A stretch of 17,814 nt of DNA from Chthonomonadales bacterium (GTDB taxonomy: Bacteria > Armatimonadota > Chthonomonadetes > Chthonomonadales > CAJBBX01). The stretch is taken from NCBI GenBank assembly GCA_049967475.1, contig JBMFSQ010000044.1, forward strand, positions 1 to 17,814. The letters run 5' to 3'. This document shows, one piece after another, positions 8,485 to 15,676 of the stretch. Below the pieces are notes generated by a model that saw only the letters and a program-made list of their open reading frames with translations, did not search any database and was not told the DNA's origin. The translations under genes and the position numbers were made by a program. The stretch's first letter is position 1; each line of letters begins with the position of its first letter.

Positions 8485-9504
8485 CTACAATCTGCTGCCC
8501 CGTTCCACCACGCTGCCACTGGCAAGCACAGCTCCCCCGCGTGATGTAACCTCGTCGCCGATTGTTACACCGGCATCGGAGATAAGGTCCTGGAGGTCGG
8601 CGTGCCTACCTACCGCCACGTTGTCCAATATTATACATCGGACCAGGCTGGCGCCCGCTTCGATGCGGCAATTGGCTCCCACGGACGTTGCTGCATCAAG
8701 TTTGGCATCCGGTGCAACCTCAGTACCGGGCCCCACGGCAGCGAAGGGAACGGAGGTGTACACCGCGCCGGTGAGCACGGCGCCATTCGCAGCGAGGTAT
8801 TGATCCGGCCGCCCCATATCGAGCCAGAACCCCTCGGGGGCAACGGCAAATACCGGGGCTCCTTCCTGGATGAGGGCCGGGTAGGTCTCCCGTTCGATGG
8901 ACACGGGCCTACCTGAAGGGATCGAAGCCACGACATCGGGCTCCAGCACATAGATGCCTGCATTGATGTAGTCGCACTCACCGGTCTTGGGGCCGGGGCT
9001 GAGGGCGATGCGCTTTTTCTCGGCTTCACTGGGCTCGCGCCAAGCGGTAACGCGGCCCTCTGCATCCGTCACCACGACGCCGAATGGATGCGGCCGTTCT
9101 ACAGCTCTCAGGGCAATGGTCGCCGTGGCCCCACGCGAATAATGGAAGGAAAGGATTTGCCCCAGGTCGAAGTCGGTCAATATATCCCCGTTGAAAACGA
9201 TGAGCGTGTCGGGCGGCGCTGCGGCGGCTGCATTGCGGATTGCGCCTGCGGTTCCCAGCGGCTCGTTCTCAAGGGCATAGAGCAGGTGCACCCCGAAACG
9301 GGAGCCATCGCCGAAATGGGCCTCGATCTGTTCGGCCATGTAGTTGGTTGCGAAGATAATCTCCGTGATGCCGTGCCGCCGGAGCAAATCCACCTGGTAT
9401 TCCAGAAACGGCCGGTTGGCAACGGGAAGCAGGTGCTTAGGTCTATGATGTGTCAGGGGCCTCATGCGGGTTCCAAAGCCGCCTGCTATGATGACGCCTT
9501 TCAT
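8485..9504 (-). CDS. Second NDP-sugar pyrophosphorylase (GMPP-like) with beta-helix C-terminus
   Basis: MKGVIIAGGFGTRMRPLT..RPKHLLPVANRP, EPLGTAGAI, VFNGDILTD, INAGIYVLEP, SIERETYP, FWLDMG, then hexapeptide-like repeats. Confidence 0.9.
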   Translation of the reverse strand: MKGVIIAGGFGTRMRPLTHHRPKHLLPVANRPFLEYQVDLLRRHGITEIIFATNYMAEQIEAHFGDGSRFGVHLLYALENEPLGTAGAIRNAAAAAPPDTLIVFNGDILTDFDLGQILSFHYSRGATATIALRAVERPHPFGVVVTDAEGRVTAWREPSEAEKKRIALSPGPKTGECDYINAGIYVLEPDVVASIPSGRPVSIERETYPALIQEGAPVFAVAPEGFWLDMGRPDQYLAANGAVLTGAVYTSVPFAAVGPGTEVAPDAKLDAATSVGANCRIEAGASLVRCIILDNVAVGRHADLQDLISDAGVTIGDEVTSRGGAVLASGSVVERGSRL

Positions 9505-9520
9505 CCGTACCTCTTTTCAC

Positions 9521-10417
9521 TTAGTCGCTAGCCGGAATATCAGATTGCGGGGTAATCCCGCGCAGGGAAGCTTCCAGCGCCTCGCGCACCCGGGCACCGA
9601 ACTCCTCATCCGTTGCCGCCCAAACTGCTTGCGCCGGGAGATAGCTATCGAAGCCGCCTACATCCACCCGCCGTTCCGGAGCCGCCAAGGGCACTGCCCA
9701 GATCTCGGCATCTCCGTTGCGGATCCAATCGCGAACGGCATCGGTGAGCTCAATTTCACCCCGGGGGCTCGGTTGCAACGCACGCAGCCACCGGAAGATA
9801 TCAGGCCCCAGGATCCACCGCGCAGCCACCACGTAGTCGCTGGGCGCCTCTGCAGCCGACGGCTTCTCGACGATATCCGCAAGGCGGAATGCGCCGGACA
9901 CGGCTGAAGCGCCCGCAGAAGGAGCCAGCACGCCGTAGCGTGACACGCGTTCCCGCGGCACTCGTTCTGCCAAAACGGCCCCACACCAGCCTCCGGCGGC
10001 GGCCGCTTCGGCTAGCCGGGCTAAAGGGGGTTCGCCGCGCGGCGAGGCGATGATGCAATCGCCGAATGCCACAGCAAACGGTTCGTCGCGCACCCACTCC
10101 TCCGAATAAAGAAGCGCATCGCCCAGTCCGCGCATGGTGGGCTGCACTGCATAGTCAATCCGGATGCCATGGTTCTCACCGTTGCCAAGATGGCGCCGGA
10201 TAATCTCCTTGCCCGGGCTTACAATGATGAGCGCTTCACGGAAGCCGGATGAGTGCGCCTCGTCTATCACGTGTTCGATGACAGGCTTGCGGCCAAGAGG
10301 AAGCATCTCCTTGGGCAGTGCCGTTGTGAGCGGACGGAGGCGCGTGCCCAGCCCGGCAGCCGGGATGACAACGCGCTCGGTGCGGGGTACGCGGGTGGCG
10401 CTGGCGCTCATGGACAT
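9521..10417 (-). CDS. galU: UTP--glucose-1-phosphate uridylyltransferase (GalU-like nucleotidyltransferase)
   Basis: VIPAAGLGTRLRPLTTALPKEMLPLG, RGLGDAL, FAVAFGD, RYGVL, IVEKP, GEIELTDAV, RVDVG. The start is moved from 10786 to 10417 (or 10411), because the extra N-terminus has no domain character and a promoter sits at 10468-10497. Confidence 0.82.
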   Translation of the reverse strand: MSMSASATRVPRTERVVIPAAGLGTRLRPLTTALPKEMLPLGRKPVIEHVIDEAHSSGFREALIIVSPGKEIIRRHLGNGENHGIRIDYAVQPTMRGLGDALLYSEEWVRDEPFAVAFGDCIIASPRGEPPLARLAEAAAAGGWCGAVLAERVPRERVSRYGVLAPSAGASAVSGAFRLADIVEKPSAAEAPSDYVVAARWILGPDIFRWLRALQPSPRGEIELTDAVRDWIRNGDAEIWAVPLAAPERRVDVGGFDSYLPAQAVWAATDEEFGARVREALEASLRGITPQSDIPASD

Positions 10418-10467
10418 CGTCGTCGAATGATGCTCCGGCGGGCGCTTTACCAGCGCCGGTCGAGCCC

Positions 10468-10497
10468 ATGATAGCAGATTCCGATCCACGGTGTCAA
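10468..10497 (-). promoter_or_regulatory. Sigma70-type promoter of the NDP-sugar operon
   Basis: The minus strand reads TTGACA-N18-TATCAT, with an extended -10 TG (tgcTATCAT), about 50 nt upstream of the GalU-like start. Confidence 0.72.
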
Positions 10498-10503
10498 ACG
10501 GTA

Positions 10504-10762
10504 CTGAACCTTGCAGAAGGCTTTGCGAACCCAGCCGCCCCTGTCCGATTGGGCAAGGAGCAGTTTCCCAAGCCGCCTTTGCTTCGGACATGCTTTGCCG
10601 CCGCATTTCAAGGATGTCGCAGAAGGGATCCGTCGCCGCCGAAAACGCGCTTTCCTCAGCCGCAGGTGCAGCGGTACGGCAGCCGTCCCGTTGCACCCCA
10701 AAGCGGGAACCGTAGGCATCCTTGAAAGGCAACCCTTGCCCGCGGCGCCACGCCGAGGTCAG
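10504..10762 (+). ncRNA. Candidate structured non-coding RNA or long leader, family unassigned
   Basis: Nested complementary segments found by eye: GGGCAAGG 10551-58 / CCTTGCCC 10734-41; TTTCAAGGATG 10606-16 / CATCCTTGAAA 10717-27; CGCTTT 10648-53 / AAAGCG 10700-05; GGTGCAGCGG 10665-74 / CCGTTGCACC 10688-97. Several mismatches read as G-U pairs on the + strand. Confidence 0.4.
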
Positions 10763-10881
10763 CCCTGGAAGCACAGCATTGCCCACGCGGTGCCCGAGCT
10801 ACGCGGGGGTACAATCTTTGCCTGAAGCCTCCTTCGGCGCCATGCGTCGAGATTGGATCCGATGGGAGCCCCGAGGCGCAC

Positions 10882-11685
10882 ATGAACCGACACGATCTCT
10901 ATTGCTTCGCCAGGCGGTCCGCCGTGCTTGCTTGCGCCGGCTCCACGCTGCTGGTCCCCTTGCGCGCATCGCCCCAACACAGGGTTGATGGCGCCGCGGC
11001 TTCTGCGTGGAGCATCCCAGCTCGCTATCGCGGGATGCTGGTGACACACCGCCTGCGCTACTTTCCGTCCAAGCTTCTGGCCCTCACCTTCGACGACGGT
11101 CCCGATCCCCACATTACTCCTGCGATCCTGGATGCGCTGAAACTTCACCATGCCAAAGCCACATTCTTCGTGCTGGGCCGAAACGCGCAGCGCTTTCCTC
11201 ATCTGGTGCGCGCGGCGGTCCGGGCAGGGCATTGTGTGGGCAGCCACAGCTACAGCCATCCCGCGCACACGAATGCTCCGCAGGCAGCCATGGAGCTGGA
11301 TGCCACGCGTGAAGCGATCTACAAGGCGGCGGGTGCGGCGCCGACCGTCTTCCGGCCGCCCTACGGCATCACACGCGGGGAATTGGCCAAGGCAGCCCGC
11401 CGTCGCGGATACGCGGTGATTACCTGGACCATCAGCTCAGCGGACACGCGCCCCATATCGCCCCAACAGATTGCCCGCAACGTGATCTTTACGCCAAACC
11501 CCGGTGATATTGTATTGATGCACGACGGTGGCGGGCACCGTGCCACCGCTGCCGCTCTGCCGCTCATCCTGCGCGCCCTAAATAAGCAAGGATGGCGTTT
11601 CGTAACGGTGCCGGAGTTGCTGCGGGCTTGGGATCAATGGCAACGGCGCACGTCTGTTCGCCGGCCCCTGGCGCCTGGCCGGTGA
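10882..11685 (+). CDS. Polysaccharide deacetylase (CE4/NodB family), probably exported
   Basis: CE4 motifs LTFDDGP, ATFFVLG, HSYSHP, FRPPYG and GDIVLMHD. The N-terminal ARRSAVLACAGSTLLVPLRA is signal- or Tat-like. A GGTACAAT -10-like element lies at 10808-10815. Confidence 0.93.
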   Translation: MNRHDLYCFARRSAVLACAGSTLLVPLRASPQHRVDGAAASAWSIPARYRGMLVTHRLRYFPSKLLALTFDDGPDPHITPAILDALKLHHAKATFFVLGRNAQRFPHLVRAAVRAGHCVGSHSYSHPAHTNAPQAAMELDATREAIYKAAGAAPTVFRPPYGITRGELAKAARRRGYAVITWTISSADTRPISPQQIARNVIFTPNPGDIVLMHDGGGHRATAAALPLILRALNKQGWRFVTVPELLRAWDQWQRRTSVRRPLAPGR

Positions 11686-11689
11686 CGCG

Positions 11690-12829
11690 TCAGTCACCCT
11701 CCTCGAGCAGATAGAGGAACGCTTCAGCGGCGTGCCATGCATGCGGGGAGCACGTCCGCTTCGCGGCAAATTCAGGAGCGACACGGGCCATACCTCTATA
11801 GTCGGCTTCGCTGGCGTCGGCCTCCCACGTGAGCGGATAGTCACGATCGCTTAGCTTGCCCGCCTTGTTCCCTGCATAGTGGCTCGAAGCCCACCCGAGG
11901 TACGGGTAGCGGGGGTCTGCAGGTAAAGGCTGCCCTGGCAAGTCGTCGTCTTTGTATGCCCACCAAAATAGGGCGGCATATGAGTCCTGAACCTTCGGCA
12001 CGATATACGGGTCCGTCAAACCCAACGATTTGAGTCCATACTTTGCCCACTTGGTCTGGTATACCGGGTGCGCGGCAAAGTCGGTGCGACCCTCAAGATA
12101 GCGGTTCTTCTTGAATTTGTCCATCTCCCGGAATACTTTCGGCACCAGTGGGTGGGAGAGATCAGACACCAAGGACACGAGGTACAAACATTCGCCCAGG
12201 TTGTCTGGTTCGGTTTCGTTCTTGTTGTTCCGATCGAAGGGTTCCTGCAGGGAGAGGATCCATTCTGCAATAACCGGAAGGTTGCCCGTCTTTTCGAATG
12301 CCATAGCCATCATAGCTGCGTCGCGGTACCACGGTCGCTCGTATACGAAGAAGTTTGGAAGCGGTTTGCCGTGGAGCACGTTTACGAGCATCTCCTGGTG
12401 GAGAACGCGAAGAAGCAGACGGTGCCGATGTCCGGCGAACTCCGGAAGTCTAACGCTTCCCTTGGCGATTGCATGCTTCTGCCCGCGGTCCTGCAACCAG
12501 AGCGCCTCTTCGTCTTCCCAAATGAACGCGTATCGGGCATCTCGGCTGCGTATCGCTACCGTATACTCCGCAGGAGCGATCACCTCATCTCCCAGGGTCC
12601 ATGCGTAGACGACTTCCCCTGTGGCGGCTTTAATCAGCTTTCCGCCCGTGTATGCGAACTTTTCGCGCGGACCCATACCGAAGAGGAAGAAGTTGCCCCG
12701 AGGCAGTTCGTATCTGCCTCCGTGCGCTTTCGCGACGCGATCCAGGGCCTTGCTGTAGCTGCGGCGGTTGGCGAGAGCCTGCCACCAGCGCGACGATGCA
12801 TCGTCGTTTGCATGTGCCTTAATCGTCAT
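11690..12829 (-). CDS. Hypothetical protein, probable (alpha/alpha)6 six-hairpin glycosidase-like fold
   Basis: Start taken as MTIKAHAND at 12829, which overlaps the upstream stop as ATGA and has AGAGG upstream. The track's 13285 extension overlaps the neighbouring gene. Motifs PWYRDAAMM, EPDNLGECLYL and HAWHAAEAFLYLL resemble six-hairpin enzymes. Confidence 0.7.
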   Translation of the reverse strand: MTIKAHANDDASSRWWQALANRRSYSKALDRVAKAHGGRYELPRGNFFLFGMGPREKFAYTGGKLIKAATGEVVYAWTLGDEVIAPAEYTVAIRSRDARYAFIWEDEEALWLQDRGQKHAIAKGSVRLPEFAGHRHRLLLRVLHQEMLVNVLHGKPLPNFFVYERPWYRDAAMMAMAFEKTGNLPVIAEWILSLQEPFDRNNKNETEPDNLGECLYLVSLVSDLSHPLVPKVFREMDKFKKNRYLEGRTDFAAHPVYQTKWAKYGLKSLGLTDPYIVPKVQDSYAALFWWAYKDDDLPGQPLPADPRYPYLGWASSHYAGNKAGKLSDRDYPLTWEADASEADYRGMARVAPEFAAKRTCSPHAWHAAEAFLYLLEEGD

Positions 12830-15489
12830 ACGCCGCCTCTTCTGGGGGACATGCAGCGTGTGCCGGTCGATGGTAATTCCTGCGCCTTGCCGCTCTTCCA
12901 GCGCACGCGCACCATGGCGCATCCCTTCTCGAGCGGCACATCCAGATCCAACCAGCGGCCGCAGCGGGACACCCGTACTCTCGCCGGAGCTGAGCGGCCG
13001 GGAAGGACGGCATCGGTCTCCAGATAGCGAGCCGAAGCAGCGGGGACGCACCGCAGGCGGACGCGCACCCGTTGGGCCGATCCTCCAAAGACCACCGGCA
13101 GGACGAGGCCCTGAGGAGTATGAAATGCGTTTACGAGGGCGCGGCCTTGCACCACCGCTACGGGATGGGGCGTAAGCACCCACTTCTTCCCCCGCATGGC
13201 ATCCAAGAGCGGGCCGTAGCGGCGGTACCAATCCTCGGCCCAAGGGTTCGGAAGAATGGAATGGTCGTTCCCAGGGTATGGGCACATGGGAAAGATGCCC
13301 ATGTAGAGCAATCGCTGGAAGAACTCATCGGGCCGCGGCTTGAGATTGCTCTCATCCGCCGTCCAGCCGATGACGGGTTTGCATATGCCGAGCAATCCGT
13401 CCTGGTTGATGGAGGCAGGATGGTACGTGAACTCGTCAAAGATGCCGTCGGCATAGCGCAGGATTTCCAAGCGCTTCACATGCATGTTGCAGAAGATGGT
13501 TTTACCTGCGCGATGCATGAGGGGCCCGAGGCGGCCCATGATGCTCCGCCAAGACACCATCAGCGAGCGGGCCGGCCCCCCTTCGAACCAGGACACTCCA
13601 TCGTCGGCGCGGGTATTGTAGAGGCGCAGCCAATCCGTCCGATCAATGCAAATGCCGGACGTGGCAGGTGTCTTGGCGAGGTGACGGCGGGCCTGTTCCA
13701 GCAGGAATTGCCGGTATGCAGGATCTCCCGGATCCATGGCCACAGCGCCCTCCCAGGAGTAGATGGGTTTGCCTTCCGGATCGCGGATCCACGCCTGATT
13801 GAGCGTACCGTAAAGGAATTGGTTGGCATCGCGCCAGCGATCGCTTTCCGGCAGGGTCAGAGGCGGCGGAGGATAGGCAATTCGGGCACCGACTTCCGTC
13901 ACGTTGAAGTAGCTCAGCACGAAGAAGCCCAGGGACCGCATGCTCGTGTAGTAGCGGTTCAGCCGGTCGAAGCTCGTAAGCACGCCGCGAAAGTTCCGCC
14001 ATTCCTCGCCATCGGCCACAGGAGGCAGGAACATGCCCATATAGGGAAACTCAAAGCTCGCCTGCCAATTCGTGCGGAACGCCATGGCCTTCAATTTCTG
14101 CACGTCCAGGGGCCCCTGGTAGCTCGAATAGGCGCCGCACCCTGCCATGGCATCGGCCGAGGGCACCACAGGCCGAAAGCTCTCGGGATACCGCTGGACC
14201 ATCCAGCCTAGGCCAGGGCGCCAATCCGCCTGGTGCTCCACGACGTCCAGAGCGAAGTGAACAGAACGGCCGGGTCGGATGCGATGATGGTAACGGGCGA
14301 AGGTCATCGTCCCGCCGGGATCCGTGGCGAGCCTCATTTCCAGGATGAGGTCCCTGGGTGACAGCACTACGCTGAAGGCCGATCGGCGCCTCGGATAGAT
14401 TACGGTGGCCATGGGCAGGCAGAAGGTGTTCCGCGGCCACGGGCAATAGCCGTACATCGGATTGGCCGGACGGAAGGGAAGGGCTCCGTACCACAAGCTT
14501 CGGCCGGCCCACGGCTGAGGCTCCAGGGGGTCGCTCCAACCCGTTGCCGAAGCCCGGCGGGGATCTGCCCAAGCCGTCCAGAACTGTGCGCCGCGCACAT
14601 TCGGCCACCGAAGCACTGTGTGAATGGGCGTGCTCCACGGCCGCCCGATCCCGCGGATATCCACCTCCCACCGCAACCCCATCGGCGCAGCGCGGAACGT
14701 GTCTATTACCGTGCACTGGGCGCCGGAAGACACCGATGCCACGCGCTTCGTGAAGCGAACCCATGTGCGCCCGTCGGTGCTGCACCGGCACGAACCGAGG
14801 ATGCGGGTATTCTCCAGCACGGTGGCAGCCACAACTGGCCAGGCCTTCTCCCCGGCCGTGCCCCCAAGCCCTACCAATACGCCGTTCCTGCTGAAGAGCG
14901 CCCGCATCCTTCCCGAGCGAAGCGTGACGGCGCACCTTCCGCGCGGCGCCTCCAATTCGGGGATGCCGTAGAGGGTTCCTGGGCGCATCGGCGCGCTCAG
15001 GATGAGGCTGGCATCGGCCCAATCGGCATGGTCGCTGTCTATCCCGTCTCCGGCATCGGTGACTTCAAGGTCCAGGCGATGCACCTTCGCCAATTTCAGA
15101 TCCACCCGGCGGGCGGGATCGCCCACATGCATCACACCGCTGCGCCACAGCTCGCGGCCGTCGGCACGCACAACGAATTCCACGCTGGCCGGATGGCCCT
15201 TCATTTCGTCGTCCACGCCCACCCATGCGCTGAAGCGCGCGGATGTGCCTGCAAGAAGGATGGGGAAGGAACTTGCCGCGTGGGTGCCGATCCCTCGGTG
15301 GAAAATGCGCCCTCCAATGCGGATGGGATTTCCCAACACGGAGCAGTTGGCCTGTGGGGCGCCCCAGCTCTGGACAATAGATCCCAGGTCGAGTGTGTCC
15401 AGCCACACGACCTGGTCCTTCCCTCGAGCGCAAGCAGGGGTGTTGGCCAGAAAAGCCACCAGGAATGCGATCCGGAATGCAGTGTGCAT
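12826..15489 (-). CDS. Secreted NPCBM/NEW2-domain protein, putative glycoside hydrolase
   Basis: Signal peptide MHTAFRIAFLVAFLANTPACA; NPCBM domain (GIGTHAAS, FSAWVGVDD, SVEFVVRADGRELWRSG, LEVTDAGDGIDSDHADWADA); then a beta-rich segment and a barrel-like region with SGICIDR and DGIFDE. RBS AGGAG. Confidence 0.85.
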   Translation of the reverse strand: MHTAFRIAFLVAFLANTPACARGKDQVVWLDTLDLGSIVQSWGAPQANCSVLGNPIRIGGRIFHRGIGTHAASSFPILLAGTSARFSAWVGVDDEMKGHPASVEFVVRADGRELWRSGVMHVGDPARRVDLKLAKVHRLDLEVTDAGDGIDSDHADWADASLILSAPMRPGTLYGIPELEAPRGRCAVTLRSGRMRALFSRNGVLVGLGGTAGEKAWPVVAATVLENTRILGSCRCSTDGRTWVRFTKRVASVSSGAQCTVIDTFRAAPMGLRWEVDIRGIGRPWSTPIHTVLRWPNVRGAQFWTAWADPRRASATGWSDPLEPQPWAGRSLWYGALPFRPANPMYGYCPWPRNTFCLPMATVIYPRRRSAFSVVLSPRDLILEMRLATDPGGTMTFARYHHRIRPGRSVHFALDVVEHQADWRPGLGWMVQRYPESFRPVVPSADAMAGCGAYSSYQGPLDVQKLKAMAFRTNWQASFEFPYMGMFLPPVADGEEWRNFRGVLTSFDRLNRYYTSMRSLGFFVLSYFNVTEVGARIAYPPPPLTLPESDRWRDANQFLYGTLNQAWIRDPEGKPIYSWEGAVAMDPGDPAYRQFLLEQARRHLAKTPATSGICIDRTDWLRLYNTRADDGVSWFEGGPARSLMVSWRSIMGRLGPLMHRAGKTIFCNMHVKRLEILRYADGIFDEFTYHPASINQDGLLGICKPVIGWTADESNLKPRPDEFFQRLLYMGIFPMCPYPGNDHSILPNPWAEDWYRRYGPLLDAMRGKKWVLTPHPVAVVQGRALVNAFHTPQGLVLPVVFGGSAQRVRVRLRCVPAASARYLETDAVLPGRSAPARVRVSRCGRWLDLDVPLEKGCAMVRVRWKSGKAQELPSTGTRCMSPRRGGV

Positions 15490-15602
15490 GGGTTGGCTCC
15501 TATGGGCAGCCTCGTCGGGTACACAGGCAAAGCCGGGCCCCTTGCGCCTTTTTCGCCCGCTGCAAGGAGTTCCCCTCCATGGCGGCGAATGGGATTTTTA
15601 GA

Positions 15603-15663
15603 TATGCGTGGTTCCCGTCTGCTTGCGCCGAGGACGCGACAGGCGGGCGCATAGCGGTTTTTT
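15603..15663 (+). promoter_or_regulatory. Leader hairpin followed by a U-tract, immediately before the RBS of the isomerase-like gene
   Basis: Nested stems TATGCG/CGCATA, CCCGTCTG/CAGGCGGG and TTGCG/CGCGA span 15603-15653. They are followed by GCGG, six T and GAGGAGG. Confidence 0.4.
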
Positions 15664-15676
15664 GAGGAGGCGCATC

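Noticed and set aside
10640..10775. RNase P-like GAGGAAAG (minus strand) and SRP-like GGTCAG...GGAAG (plus strand) fragments
   Set aside because: The flanking consensus (GAGGAAAGUCC with the 3' P4 strand; the SRP helix-8 motif) is absent.
10418..10786. 123-aa N-terminal extension of the GalU-like ORF
   Set aside because: It has no domain character and spans the operon's promoter and the structured intergenic region.
12791..12806. Perfect 16-bp palindrome CGACGATGCATCGTCG
   Set aside because: It is a single copy inside coding sequence. One such palindrome in about 18 kb of GC-rich DNA is plausible by chance.
12830..13285. 152-aa N-terminal extension of the 11690 ORF
   Set aside because: It overlaps the NPCBM gene in another frame. 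The ATGA-coupled start at 12829 has its own RBS.
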